From positions 1,056,001 through 1,120,000 of the forward strand of contig CAVZVA010000010.1 in assembly GCA_963778655.1 (NCBI GenBank): a DNA stretch of 64,000 nucleotides. The letters run 5' to 3'. Below the pieces are notes generated by a model, which was not told the DNA's origin, did no database searches, and saw only the letters and a list, made by a program, of their open reading frames with translations. Numbering within the stretch: the stretch's first letter is position 1; every line of letters begins with the position of its first letter. Positions 17,572 through 28,091 of this stretch are shown here, in pieces. The stretch is from an uncultured delta proteobacterium. Its GTDB lineage: Bacteria > Myxococcota_A > Polyangia > Polyangiales > JAFGIB01. The translations under genes and the position numbers were made by a program.

Positions 17572-19407
17572 GTGTCTCCGCCCGAGCCGAGCGCCGCTTG
17601 CGACGTGATCATTCTCGGCTTCGAGCCGCGCGCCGAGACCCCTGCCGCGCGGCTGCAACGCGTGTTCGGCCTCGATGCCGAGGCCGCCGCGCGCCTGGTC
17701 GCGCGCGTGCCGACCACAGTGCAGCGCGCGGTCTCGCCGGTGCGTGCCGAGTACTTCCGCCGCGCGCTCGCGCTGCTCGGCGCCGAGGTCGAGGTGCGCG
17801 ATCCACACGGCCGATTGATCGCGGCCAAGCCTTCGAGACCGCCGGCCGCGCCCGCGCCGTGGGTCGACGAGAACAGCCCGACCTCGCGCCCTCCTTCGGC
17901 CGCGCGCGCGTCGTCGGCCGCACCGGTTGCGCGCGCGGCCTCGGCTCCATCCCCAGCGTTCGCGCAAGCCGGCGACGCGCCGGCAGACGTACGGCCGCCC
18001 GCGCATCCGACCTTGCGCGAGGCGTCGTTCCCCGAGCCGCCGGCCGCAGCGAGACCCGTGCCCGTACGCGAGGCGCCCGCGGCGGCCGCAGCCGAGCCGA
18101 TCTGGGCGCGCGTGCCTTCGAGCGTGTGGGATCCTCCGGCCGCTGCCCAGCCCGCGCCGGCTGCCGCGCGCGCGCCGCGTGTAGCGCCGAACGTGTGGGA
18201 GCCTCCGGCGGACGTGGTCCAGGCGAGCGCGCTCGAGCCCCAGACGCAAGCGCCGCGCGCCGCCGCGCCCGCGCCGCCTAAGGCGCAGCCGCCACGCGTC
18301 GCCGCGGATTTCGATCTCGCTCGCTCGATCGCGGGCGACGTGCTGTGGCGCCCACCTGCGGCGCCCGCTTCGGAACGTGCACGTCCGCCCGCAGCGGCGA
18401 TCACGCTCGACTGCGACGACGCCGACGCCGCCCGGCCCGTGCTGCAACCCTGGGAGCAGCCGCGGCTCGCGTCGATGGCGGAGCCCGATCGGCTCCCCAC
18501 CAAGGCGTCCGCCGCGCGGGCCGCCGCCCGCCGCGCGCCTGCGGCTGCTGCGCCGATCGCGCTGCCACTCGCCGACGCTCCCGCGCGCGCGCCGCGCGCG
18601 CCCGAGCTGCGGCCGGCGAGCGTCGGCCTGGCACAGCCCCCGTCCACCGCCGGCTCGCTGTCGCGGCTCGATCTGCGCTCCTTCTGGGAGACGTTGGGCG
18701 AGGCGCTGGCCGTGCCGTTCAGCGGCCCGGGCGTGTACTGGCTCGGCGCCATCACGGCCTGGTCGGTGTTCGTGGGCGCGATCGACATGCTGGCTCGGTT
18801 CGCCCTGATCATTGGCAGCGTGGTGATGTTCTTCGCTCACACCTCGCTGCTGGCGCTGGCCTGCGACTACTACCGGGTTTGCCTGTGGACGCCGGTGAGC
18901 GGCGAGAAAGTGCTGGACACCGCGCCCAGCTTCGATCCGGTGCGCCTGCTCGAGCGCTATATCAAGTCGGGCGTGCATCTCTCGCTGTTCATCATCGTCT
19001 CGCAGGTGCCGCTGATCTGGTGGGTGGTCGACAAGGTGCTCGACAAGGTGCACCCGCTGGACATCCTGGCCGATCCGATCACCTGGCTGCTCGCCGTGCT
19101 GCCGTACTACTACTGGCCGATGGCGGTCGGCGTGGCCGCGCTCGGCAATAACTTCGGCGCGGTCTGGAACGTGGCGGCCGGCGTGCGGGCGATCGCGCGC
19201 GCGCCGCTGGAGTACACCGTGATCGTGGCGGTGGGCATCGCCGTGCTGGTGGGCTCGTGGGTAGGATTGCTGCTGTTCGGCTCGCTGTTCGGCGCGACCG
19301 GGGCGCTGCTGAGCGGCACGATCGGGCTTCCGCTTGCGCTCAGCCACGGCATCCAGGGCGCGTTGATGGGACATCTCGCCCGCGCCCGCGCCGAAGTCTT
19401 CGAGTAG
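17572..19407 (+). CDS. Hypothetical membrane protein: small N-terminal domain, Pro/Ala linker, multi-TM C-terminus
   Basis: N-terminal LQRVFGLDAEAAARLVARVP domain, long low-complexity linker, about 6 hydrophobic helices. Confidence 0.75.
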   Translation: MSPPEPSAACDVIILGFEPRAETPAARLQRVFGLDAEAAARLVARVPTTVQRAVSPVRAEYFRRALALLGAEVEVRDPHGRLIAAKPSRPPAAPAPWVDENSPTSRPPSAARASSAAPVARAASAPSPAFAQAGDAPADVRPPAHPTLREASFPEPPAAARPVPVREAPAAAAAEPIWARVPSSVWDPPAAAQPAPAAARAPRVAPNVWEPPADVVQASALEPQTQAPRAAAPAPPKAQPPRVAADFDLARSIAGDVLWRPPAAPASERARPPAAAITLDCDDADAARPVLQPWEQPRLASMAEPDRLPTKASAARAAARRAPAAAAPIALPLADAPARAPRAPELRPASVGLAQPPSTAGSLSRLDLRSFWETLGEALAVPFSGPGVYWLGAITAWSVFVGAIDMLARFALIIGSVVMFFAHTSLLALACDYYRVCLWTPVSGEKVLDTAPSFDPVRLLERYIKSGVHLSLFIIVSQVPLIWWVVDKVLDKVHPLDILADPITWLLAVLPYYYWPMAVGVAALGNNFGAVWNVAAGVRAIARAPLEYTVIVAVGIAVLVGSWVGLLLFGSLFGATGALLSGTIGLPLALSHGIQGALMGHLARARAEVFE

Positions 19408-19530
19408 GCGCCGCGCGCGGGTGCCGGCCTGCGCGCGTTTCGGCGCGGCGGGCACTGGGCTATGGTGTGCGGGCGCGCAGGTGCGGAGGACGCACGAGCA
19501 CGGCCGGGATTGCGGGTGAGGGAGTTGGTG

Positions 19531-20388
19531 ATGGCGCGGTATCCTTATGCGCACGTGTGTGTGGGGCCCGAGGAGGTCGAGCTGGTGAGCTTGGCTTTGT
19601 GGGAGCTGGGGGCGAGCGGGGTGGAGGAGCGCGATCAGGGGACGCTCAACCCGCCCGACGCTTCCGCTCGCGTGACGCTGGTTGCGAGCTTCGAAAGTGA
19701 AGCGCAGGCGCGCGACGCGGTGCAGGCGCTCGGCGCACGGCACCAGGCGCGGCTCGCGTTCGTGGAGGGCGACGCCTGGCGCGAGGCGTACAAGGCCTAC
19801 TTCAAACCGACGCGCGTGGGCGAGCGCCTGGTGGTGCGGCCTTCGTGGGAGGCGTACGCGCCGCGGCCGGGCGAGGTCGTGCTCACGCTCGACCCCGGCG
19901 GCGCGTTCGGCACCGGCACCCACGAGACCACGCGGCTGGTGCTCGAGGCGCTGCAGCCCTTCGTGCGGCCCGGCATCGAGGTGCTCGACGTCGGTTGCGG
20001 CAGCGGCATCCTGTCGATCGCGTGCCTGCTGCTCGGCGCCGCCCGCGCCCGCGCCCTCGACGTCGACGAGGAGGCGGTGCGCGTCGCGCGCGACAACGCC
20101 CGCCACAACGGCGTGGAAGCGCGACTCGAGGTCAGCAGCGATGCGCTGGAGAGCCTCACCGCGCGCTATCCGCTGGTGCTCGCGAACATCGAGAGCCGCG
20201 TGCTGCAGCCGCTCGCGCCAGCGCTGTGCGCGCGCCTCGCGCCCGGCGGAGTGCTGATCCTCAGCGGCCTGCTCGCGCCCGAGCGCGAACGCATGCGCGG
20301 CGCATACGTGCAGCTCGAGCTGCTGGCGGCTCGCGAGCAGGGCGAGTGGCTCGCGCTGCTGCTGCGAAAACCGGGCGATGAGCGATAG
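19531..20388 (+). CDS. prmA: Ribosomal protein L11 methyltransferase
   Basis: LDPGGAFGTGTHETT, VLDVGCGSGILSI, VLANI, LILSGLL. Confidence 0.95.
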   Translation: MARYPYAHVCVGPEEVELVSLALWELGASGVEERDQGTLNPPDASARVTLVASFESEAQARDAVQALGARHQARLAFVEGDAWREAYKAYFKPTRVGERLVVRPSWEAYAPRPGEVVLTLDPGGAFGTGTHETTRLVLEALQPFVRPGIEVLDVGCGSGILSIACLLLGAARARALDVDEEAVRVARDNARHNGVEARLEVSSDALESLTARYPLVLANIESRVLQPLAPALCARLAPGGVLILSGLLAPERERMRGAYVQLELLAAREQGEWLALLLRKPGDER

Positions 20389-21115
20389 ATTGAGGCGCTT
20401 GTTCGCGGAGCCGCTGCCGGATGCCGGCGGCGAGCTGGGCTTGCCCGCGCAGTCCGCGCAGCACGCGCGCGTGTTACGGCTGGCCCAAGGCGCGCAGGTG
20501 GAGCTGTTCGACGGCAAGGGCGGGCAGGCCGAAGCGATGGTCTGCGAGGTTTCGCGCGCGCGCGTGGCGTGCCGCGCGCAGCCGCGCAGCCAGCTGCCGC
20601 CGCCCGCGAGCCGGTTGCAGCTGGTGCTGGCGCTGCCCAAGGGCAAAAAGCTCGAGGACATCGCGCGCATGCTGGGCGAGCTCGGCGCCACCGGCTTGCA
20701 CCTGGCGCTGAGCGAGCGCAGCGTGCCGCGCCCCGACCAGCTCTCGGCCCGGCTCGAGCGGCTGAAGCGGATCGCGCTCGAAGCCTGCGCCCAGTCCGGT
20801 CAGGCCTGGGCGCTGCAGCTGCACGCACCGCAGCCCCTGTTGCAGATCGCCGCTGCGGCCCCCCGCGATGCCCGGCGGCTGGTGTTCTGGGAGCGCGCGC
20901 GCGCGCCGCTGCGGGACGCGTTGCCCGAGCCCATCGTGTCCGAGGTTTGGGCCGTGATCGGTCCCGAGGGCGGGCTGTCCGAGGCCGAGGTCGAGGCGCT
21001 GCAGGCCCTGGGTTTTGGCCCGGTCGGGCTCGGCCGCGCGCGATTGCGGGTGGAAACCGCGGTACCGGCGATCGCCGCGCTGCTGCTCGAGCGCATGGGC
21101 GCGCTGCGCGGCTGA
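20378..21115 (+). CDS. rsmE: 16S rRNA m3U1498 methyltransferase
   Basis: HARVLRL, ELG, EACAQSG, IGPEGGLS and LRVETA (SPOUT/RsmE motifs). Overlaps prmA, a common gene pair. Confidence 0.95.
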   Translation: MSDRLRRLFAEPLPDAGGELGLPAQSAQHARVLRLAQGAQVELFDGKGGQAEAMVCEVSRARVACRAQPRSQLPPPASRLQLVLALPKGKKLEDIARMLGELGATGLHLALSERSVPRPDQLSARLERLKRIALEACAQSGQAWALQLHAPQPLLQIAAAAPRDARRLVFWERARAPLRDALPEPIVSEVWAVIGPEGGLSEAEVEALQALGFGPVGLGRARLRVETAVPAIAALLLERMGALRG

Positions 21116-21216
21116 TCGGCCCGCGCCGGCCGCCCGCGCGCCGAAGGCCTGCATCGACCTGTGCAAAATCCCAGGGTTCCCGGACTTTTGGGCTATTCTC
21201 GAGGACGTTGGCCGTC

Positions 21217-24200
21217 ATGCACTCGCTAACCTCGCTGCTGGCGCGAGACGGGTTGGTCCCGCTCGACACCATCGAGCAGGCGCTGCAGCGCCAGGTGCTC
21301 GAGGGCGGCGAGCTCGACACTGCCTTGCTCGAGCTGAGCACGGTTCCCGAGAACGTGCTCGGCGCATACCGCGCTGCGAGCCTGGATCTACCCGCGGCCT
21401 CGCGTGCACAGCTCGAGCGCATCCCGCGCAGCTTGCTCGAGCGCGTGCCTGTGGAGCTGGCGCGCGAGTACCGCGTGCTGCCGATCGCGTTCGACGGCGA
21501 CACCCTGACGCTGGCCACCGCCGCGCCGCCGCCGCTGGTCGACGTGCAGAGGCTGGCGCGCGAGCTCAAGAGCCGGGTGACCTTTCGCATCGCCACCGAG
21601 CTGCGCATCCACGTCGCGCTCGCCGCCCATTATCGGCTGGAGATTCCCAGCCGGCTGCGGCTGTTGCACGAGAAGCTGCTCGATCGCGATCCGGGCGAGC
21701 TGCGCGAGGTGCTGCCGTGGGCGGCCAGCCGTCCGGCGCCCCCGCGCGAGCCCGAGCCATCCGAGGGAGAGCGCGTCACATCGCGTGCGGTGCGGTCGGT
21801 CGCGCCGCCGCCGGTGCGCGTGGTGCCGGTGCTCGCGCTGGGCACGGCGCAGCCGAGCGTCGCGCCCCCATCGCCCCCATCGCCGCCGCCGCAGGAGCCG
21901 GCCGAGCCGCAGCCGTCCGAGGACGCGCGCGCCACCAGCCCGGAGCGGCCTTCCAGCAAGCCGCCTCGCGTCGCGCCCGCTGCCGCGCCGCCGGCGCCCG
22001 TGCGCTCGGCGCCCCCGGCACGCGCCGCCATGCCGCGCAACCGGCCGACCTCGCGCGGCAGGCGTAGCCGCAACGTGCGGCGTGGACCGCTCACGCGCGA
22101 CGACGCGATCGATCTGCTCGGCGAGGCTCGCGACCGTGACCGCGTGCTCGAGGTGTTCTTTGCGTTCGCGCGCCAGTACTTCGAGTGCAGCGTGCTGTTC
22201 GCGCTGCGCGACGAGCGCCTGCTCGGGCTCGAAGGCGCCGGGCTGCTGTCCACGATCGACCTGCGCGCGGTAGAGGTGGCGCTCGTCCGCAGCGGCAATC
22301 TGCACGCGCTGACGCTGAGCCGCAGCCCGCGCGTGCTCGACCTGCGCGCCAGCGCCGCGGACCGCGCGCTGGTCGAAGCGATCGGCCGCGGCGCGATGCA
22401 GCCGTGCGTGGTGATTCCGGTCTCGATTGGGCAGCGCATCGTGTCCTTGCTCTACGGCGACCGCGGCGGCGAGCCGCTCGAGCTCGCGGAGCTGAGCGAT
22501 CTGCTGCAGGTGTTGCCCGCGGTCAGCACCGCGTTCGGACGCATCATCCACGAGCGCAAGCTGCTGGCCGTGGAGGCGCACGATCGCGGGCCCACGCCGG
22601 ACGCGGCGCCGGAAGCCGCACCGCCCGAGGGCGCGTTTGGGTCCTCGGGCGCACCGCCGCGTCCCACGCCGCCGCGTTCGTCGCGCCGGCCGGCCGGCCC
22701 GGGCTTGGCCGGCCTGCTCAGCGGCGCGGCGCCCGCGGAACGCGCGCGCTCGCGCCGTTCCTCGCCCCAAGGCGCCGCGCAACCCATTGCTCAGCCACCG
22801 AGTCGGTCCGGCGGTGCGCTGCACGGCGACCTGCCGGCGCCGCCGCGGCTGCCGGCCGAGGCGCGGGGGCCTGCGGCCGAATCCGAGCCCGACATGGCCG
22901 AACGGCCGACCACGCAGCTGTCGAGCGAGGCCGTCCACAGCGGCCTCATGCGCGCCGCGCGCGCGTCTTCGCCGTCCAAGAGCATGGCCTACAGCCAGCA
23001 CGATGCGCCGGCCGATCAGGTGCGCGCGCGCCGCCGAGCGCAGGAAACCACGCGGCCCGAACGGCCTTCGCGGATCCCGCCCTCGCGCTCGGCGCCACCA
23101 CGTTCGACGTCGCGTAAAGCGACCGATCCGCCGCCGCCGCGGACACTGGCGCAACCGGCGCCCGGAACGGGCAGCTATGCCTTGCACGAAGCCGGCGCCG
23201 AGGTCGCGGGCAGCGCGGCCCAGGACAAGCCGCCGCAGCCGCCGCACGAGCCGCCGACCAGCGTGCACCCCAAGCCCGAGCCCGCCGGACCGCGCTCGAG
23301 CCGCATCGATCCGCGGCGCGAGCAGGGCCGGCCGCCGGTCGAGACCGAGGTGGTGAGCATCTCGCAGGCGGTGCGCGATTCGCTGCGGCCGCTGCGCAGC
23401 GAGCCTGAGGAGTCTGGCGCGGAGTCGATCGTGGTCGACATGGGCGCCGAGGCCGAGCGCCTGGTCGAGGAGCTGTGCCGCTGCGGTCCGGACGAGGAAC
23501 GCCCGCTGGTGGCGTCGTTGCTGCGGCTCGGCGCGGACGCCCTGGCGGTGCTCAAGCGGCGCTTTCCCGGGCCGCTGTGGTTCGACAGGCACAAGCCGCG
23601 CCAGCGCTCGCCCGCGGGCCGCGACGTGAGCGCGATCGCGCGCGTGCTGTTCGCGTTCGAGGAGCGCGCGGTGCCGGTGGTGGCGGAGCTGCTGGAGTCG
23701 CCGCAGCTCGAGACGCGGATGTGCGCGTTGCTGCTGGCGATCGACACGGTGCGGCCCGAGCTGCTGTGGCCGCTGTATCAGCGCCTGTTCGACAGCGACG
23801 GGCAGATCCGGCTGCTGGCGTTCGACGCGCTGCCCATCTATCGCCATGTGGCGGGCTTCCCGGAGGTGCTCAAGTCGCTGCGCAGCCGGGCCGGCGACGA
23901 GCGGGAGCCGGTGCCGGCGCGGCTTTCCGCGCTGGAGGCGATTTCGATCTTGCGTGATCCGGCCAGCGTGGAGCTGCTGATCGCGCTGTGTCGCCACACG
24001 AGCCGCGAGCTTTCGGTACCGGCGCATCGGGCGCTGCTCGCGATCACGGCGCAGGACTTCGGCGACTCCGATCGCAAGTGGCGCTCCTGGCTCGACAAGA
24101 ACCAGGGTCGCCACCGAGTCGAGTGGCTGATCGACAGCCTGATGCACGGCGACGAGCGCGTGCGCAACACCGCGGGCGTGGAGCTGCAGAAGACGACTCA

Positions 24201-24309
24201 GGTTTACTACGGTTTCGTGGCGGGCGCCTCCAAGCGCGACCGTGAGCGCGCGCAGCGCCGCTACCGCGAGTGGTGGCAGAATGAAGGCCGCGCCCAGTTC
24301 GAGGGGTAG
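21217..24309 (+). CDS. GspE-N/MshEN-like domain protein with GAF-like and HEAT-like regions (FrgA-like)
   Basis: N-terminus LTSLLARDGLV…EQALQRQVLEGGELDTALLE and VPVELAREYRVLP. Central GAF-like segment (VIPVSIGQRIVSLLYGD), Pro-rich linkers, helical C-terminus. Confidence 0.7.
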   Translation: MHSLTSLLARDGLVPLDTIEQALQRQVLEGGELDTALLELSTVPENVLGAYRAASLDLPAASRAQLERIPRSLLERVPVELAREYRVLPIAFDGDTLTLATAAPPPLVDVQRLARELKSRVTFRIATELRIHVALAAHYRLEIPSRLRLLHEKLLDRDPGELREVLPWAASRPAPPREPEPSEGERVTSRAVRSVAPPPVRVVPVLALGTAQPSVAPPSPPSPPPQEPAEPQPSEDARATSPERPSSKPPRVAPAAAPPAPVRSAPPARAAMPRNRPTSRGRRSRNVRRGPLTRDDAIDLLGEARDRDRVLEVFFAFARQYFECSVLFALRDERLLGLEGAGLLSTIDLRAVEVALVRSGNLHALTLSRSPRVLDLRASAADRALVEAIGRGAMQPCVVIPVSIGQRIVSLLYGDRGGEPLELAELSDLLQVLPAVSTAFGRIIHERKLLAVEAHDRGPTPDAAPEAAPPEGAFGSSGAPPRPTPPRSSRRPAGPGLAGLLSGAAPAERARSRRSSPQGAAQPIAQPPSRSGGALHGDLPAPPRLPAEARGPAAESEPDMAERPTTQLSSEAVHSGLMRAARASSPSKSMAYSQHDAPADQVRARRRAQETTRPERPSRIPPSRSAPPRSTSRKATDPPPPRTLAQPAPGTGSYALHEAGAEVAGSAAQDKPPQPPHEPPTSVHPKPEPAGPRSSRIDPRREQGRPPVETEVVSISQAVRDSLRPLRSEPEESGAESIVVDMGAEAERLVEELCRCGPDEERPLVASLLRLGADALAVLKRRFPGPLWFDRHKPRQRSPAGRDVSAIARVLFAFEERAVPVVAELLESPQLETRMCALLLAIDTVRPELLWPLYQRLFDSDGQIRLLAFDALPIYRHVAGFPEVLKSLRSRAGDEREPVPARLSALEAISILRDPASVELLIALCRHTSRELSVPAHRALLAITAQDFGDSDRKWRSWLDKNQGRHRVEWLIDSLMHGDERVRNTAGVELQKTTQVYYGFVAGASKRDRERAQRRYREWWQNEGRAQFEG

Positions 24310-24508
24310 GGCAGCGCCAGGGCGCCACGGAGCTGACGCCGATCGGCTTGCGCCGGAGCGCGCGGCGCGCGATGAAAGAGAGCCTATCACGCCAGCCGAG
24401 CTCGCCCGGCCCGATCGCGCGCATGGCGGCCGCACGCCAGGTTGCCATGCGCGAGACGCAACCCAAGGCCCGGCGCCGCCCTGGATCCCCATCACGGAGA
24501 ACTGCTCA

Positions 24509-24925
24509 ATGCCCGACCCCAACGATTTCAATCAGAAGATCATCGCCGAGTTTCGTGCCAACGCCGGCAAGGTCGGAGGCGGCTTCGCGGGCGCCCCGAT
24601 GGTGCTGCTGACGACGACCGGCGCCAAGAGCGGCCGGCAGCGCACCAACCCGCTGGTGTATCTGCCCGACGGCAACCGTGTGGTGGTGTTCGCATCGAAG
24701 GGCGGCGCCCCGAGCAACCCGGACTGGTACTACAACTTGCGCGCGAACCCGGAGGTCACGGTGGAAGTCGGCACCGAGAGCTACAAGGCGAGGGCGGTGA
24801 TCGCGCAGGGCGCGGAGCGCGATCGCCTGTTTGCCGAGCAAGCGCGGCGCATCCCCTCGTTTGCCGACTATCAGAAGAAGACGACACGCGTGATCCCCGT
24901 GATCGTGCTCGAGCGCAGCGCCTAA
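24509..24925 (+). CDS. Deazaflavin (F420H2)-dependent nitroreductase/quinone reductase family protein (Ddn-like)
   Basis: LLTTTGAKSGRQRTNPL, ASKGGAPSNPDWYYNLRANP, YQKKTTRVIPV. Confidence 0.93.
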   Translation: MPDPNDFNQKIIAEFRANAGKVGGGFAGAPMVLLTTTGAKSGRQRTNPLVYLPDGNRVVVFASKGGAPSNPDWYYNLRANPEVTVEVGTESYKARAVIAQGAERDRLFAEQARRIPSFADYQKKTTRVIPVIVLERSA

Positions 24926-24941
24926 CAGATCGGGACGCACC

Positions 24942-25739
24942 ATGGCAACCACGACGAGCCCTGGACAGACCGTGCTGGTGACCGGCGCCTCGGCCGGCAT
25001 CGGCGTCGACCTCGCGGAGTGTTTCGCAGCGGACGGCTACAATCTCGTCCTCGCCGCGCGCACCGAGAGCGCGCTGCGCGAGGTGGCCGATCGTCTGGCG
25101 ACCAAGCACGGCGTGGCGGTGCTGCCGATCGCCGTCGATCTCGGAGCTGCCGGCGGCGGCGCCAAGCTGGCCGGCGAGATCGCCAAGCAAGGGCTCGGCG
25201 TCGACGTGCTGGTGAACAACGCGGGCTACGGCTACGCCGGCGCCTTCAACGGCTCCGACATCGCAACCCAGCTCGGGATGATCGATCTCAACGATCGCGC
25301 GCTGGTCGAGCTCACGCACATCTACTGGCCGGGCATGTTGGCAAAGAACGGCGGAGGCGTGCTGAACGTCGCCTCCACGGCGGCGTTTCAGCCCGGGCCC
25401 CTGATGGCGACGTATTACGCGTCCAAGGCGTTCGTGCTGTCGTTTTCGGAAGCGCTCTGGGAAGAGGCGCGCGGCACCGGCGTGCGCGTGAGCTGCCTTT
25501 GCCCCGGACCGACGGTCAGCAAGTTCCGCGAGCGCGCCGGCACCGGTACCAAGAAGCTCAGCCGTGCCGCTGCACCGATGAGCTCGGCCAGCGTCGCGGC
25601 GCTCGGTTATCGCGCGTGGAAGAGCAACAAGCGCGTCGAGATCACCGGCTTGCGCAACCGGGTGTTGGCGCGGCTGGTACCGTTTCTGCCGCGCCGGGCG
25701 ATCCTCGGCGTCGTGCACAACTTGCAGTCCCCGCTCTGA
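24942..25739 (+). CDS. Short-chain dehydrogenase/reductase
   Basis: TGASAGIG, LVNNAG, NVAS, YYASK. Confidence 0.95.
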   Translation: MATTTSPGQTVLVTGASAGIGVDLAECFAADGYNLVLAARTESALREVADRLATKHGVAVLPIAVDLGAAGGGAKLAGEIAKQGLGVDVLVNNAGYGYAGAFNGSDIATQLGMIDLNDRALVELTHIYWPGMLAKNGGGVLNVASTAAFQPGPLMATYYASKAFVLSFSEALWEEARGTGVRVSCLCPGPTVSKFRERAGTGTKKLSRAAAPMSSASVAALGYRAWKSNKRVEITGLRNRVLARLVPFLPRRAILGVVHNLQSPL

Positions 25740-25959
25740 ACGCATGCGAGGTGGTGTTGTTCCGCGCGCTCGCGCGCTGCGCTCGGCGGGCACTGCGCGG
25801 GACACCAACGGCCATGGCTTGCATCCGCGACGCGCCTTCCAAGCGCGCGCCGTGTCGGAAAGTTCGCACCGTCGAGGACGCGCACGGCCTGAGGGTGTGT
25901 GCTAACGTGGGCGCACGGCTCCAAGGTCGGAGCGACTCGTGCTGTTGTGTGGGTTAGGC

Positions 25960-27591
25960 ATGAGACTGGGTGTTGCGACACTGCTGTTGGCCTGGCTGGT
26001 CGGATGCAAGTTCGATAGCGCTCCGCTTGTCAACAAAGCGACGTCCCATCCCGCCACCAAGAGCGGCAGCTCGTCCCACCCCGTCCCGGCCATGGATGGG
26101 GGCGCTGATTCCGCTGCACGGGACGCGGCAAGCCCGCCGGCGGTCCCCGCCGACGCCGCGACCGCCGGGCCCTCCGACGCCGGCGCTGTCGACAGCGGGC
26201 GGTTCGGCAGTGATCCGAAGCCGCACGATCCCCCTCCGCCGCCCCAGAGCGGCGGGCTGGAGTGCAACGGCGAGGTGTGCCCGTTCGCGTCGGATCCGAT
26301 CGCGCAGTGCTGCACCAGCCAGGACGATGTGGATCAGGGCGCGGCACGGGCGACCGATCGCTGCGGGCTGGACTTCAGCGCCACCGGCGCGGACTTCTTC
26401 GGCGGCATGTGCTGGCAGCGCGACCAGGCGGGTGTGGTCGACGACAACTGCCCGCCGGTGGCGGTCGACCTCCACACCCAGGATCCCGGCTGTTGCAGCG
26501 ATGAGGGCCTTTGCGGCGGCGTCGACAGCGCCAACGGGCTCGGCTGTCACTACGATCCCGGCGCACCGTCGCAGCCATGCGGCGCGGTGGGCGACGACAA
26601 CGACGGCGGCGTGAGCTGCGATCCGCTGGGCGTGTTCGCGCTGCGCATGCGCGTCGACATGGCGTGGGGCGGGCGCTCAGGCGGGCTGGCCGCGCTTACC
26701 GACGACGGTCGAGGCTCGCTGGTGATGGATCTGCTGGCGAATGTCGACGGCATCGACCCGGCCACGCACGAGCTGCACGGGACGCTCAAGCCTTGCGGCG
26801 TCGAGCTGCCTGCCTTCTACAGCACCACGCTGTGCGAGGCGTATCAACCGGTGTTCCCCACCGCGATGTGGGAGAGCAGCGCGATGCCCCAGTTCAACTT
26901 CACCGGTCACACCCAGTGCTTGCAGCCCGGTTGCATCGAGAGCATCGACGCGCAGACCGTGCTGATCGGCATTGAGCTGAGCAATCCCGAGGCCCCATGG
27001 CCCACGGCGGGCGCCCAGCTCAGCTGTCCCAGCGGCAGCGGCGCGCAGTGCTTTCCCGACCATGACGGCGACGGCCTGCCCGGCGTGACCGTGCAGGTCG
27101 CGACCAGCGGCGTGGCCACGGGCGGGACCGGGTGCTCCAACAAGTACGCGAACAAGGGCGCGCCCCTGAGCGCGAGCCCGGCGGCCATCATCGACGGCGT
27201 GCGGCGCACCGACCGCATCTCGATCGGCGTGCGGATGAAGCTCGGCGGTTCGGTCAAGCTCGGTGATAGCTGCGATCAAGGTCGCGGCTCCGGCATCGCC
27301 GAGTTCGTCAATTCGCGCGCCATCGGCTGCATGGTCGAGCCGGGCACCTACAACTTTCCCTTCGGGTTCCAAGCCGCAGGTCCGAACCAGGCGTGCCAGG
27401 CCAGCGAGGCGTCCTTCATGGACGCCAATCTGCCGCTTTACACCATCCTGGCCGTGGGCCAGGCGCCCGACGCCAAGCTCAAGCTCGCCGACACCTCGGC
27501 GAGCCCCGGGCCGCTCGTCGGCATGGTGCGCCTGGGTCCCGTCGGCGCCGCGGCGAGCTGCGCCGACGTGCGCGCAGCAAGCTTTCCGTAG
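25960..27591 (+). CDS. Cys-rich lipoprotein of unknown function
   Basis: Lipobox LVGC, low-complexity linker, many Cys, DHDGDG Ca-binding-like loop. Confidence 0.8.
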   Translation: MRLGVATLLLAWLVGCKFDSAPLVNKATSHPATKSGSSSHPVPAMDGGADSAARDAASPPAVPADAATAGPSDAGAVDSGRFGSDPKPHDPPPPPQSGGLECNGEVCPFASDPIAQCCTSQDDVDQGAARATDRCGLDFSATGADFFGGMCWQRDQAGVVDDNCPPVAVDLHTQDPGCCSDEGLCGGVDSANGLGCHYDPGAPSQPCGAVGDDNDGGVSCDPLGVFALRMRVDMAWGGRSGGLAALTDDGRGSLVMDLLANVDGIDPATHELHGTLKPCGVELPAFYSTTLCEAYQPVFPTAMWESSAMPQFNFTGHTQCLQPGCIESIDAQTVLIGIELSNPEAPWPTAGAQLSCPSGSGAQCFPDHDGDGLPGVTVQVATSGVATGGTGCSNKYANKGAPLSASPAAIIDGVRRTDRISIGVRMKLGGSVKLGDSCDQGRGSGIAEFVNSRAIGCMVEPGTYNFPFGFQAAGPNQACQASEASFMDANLPLYTILAVGQAPDAKLKLADTSASPGPLVGMVRLGPVGAAASCADVRAASFP

Positions 27592-27721
27592 CCCAGCGCG
27601 GCGCTGCGATTCTGCGCGATCGTGCTCACTGTGGCGGGCCGCATCGTCGCGTGCAGGCGGCGCCGGTGTGCACGGGCGCGTGCAGCTAAGTTTGCTATGA
27701 GCTGCGCAGGAGGGACTGAAC

Positions 27722-28039
27722 ATGAGACACGCTTGGATCGCTTGCTTGGTGTTGGGGCTCTCGGGTTTCGGCTGCAGCAAGAACGAGGGGCGCTCGACCA
27801 TCCGCAAGGGCGCCGACGACGTCGAGAGCGAGATCAAGCACGCGCCGCAGAGCTTGAGCCACGGTGCCGACGACGTGGACGAGAGCGCGCGCGGGCTGAT
27901 CGGCGCAGGCGGCCACGACGAGCCGGCTGCGACGCCGGCCAAGGCCGAAGCCAAGACCGACGCCAAGACCGACGCGTCCAAGCCCGACCAGGCGGCGGCG
28001 CCTGCCGCCGAGCCCGGCGCCGCGAGCAGCGCTCCGTAG
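27722..28039 (+). CDS. Small lipoprotein
   Basis: GGAGG RBS, lipobox GFGC, duplicated GADDV(E/D) motif. Confidence 0.7.
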   Translation: MRHAWIACLVLGLSGFGCSKNEGRSTIRKGADDVESEIKHAPQSLSHGADDVDESARGLIGAGGHDEPAATPAKAEAKTDAKTDASKPDQAAAPAAEPGAASSAP

Positions 28040-28091
28040 CCCTGCGTGCGCGCCGCGAGCGCGTCCGGAGCGCACGGCTGAGGCCGCAGGC

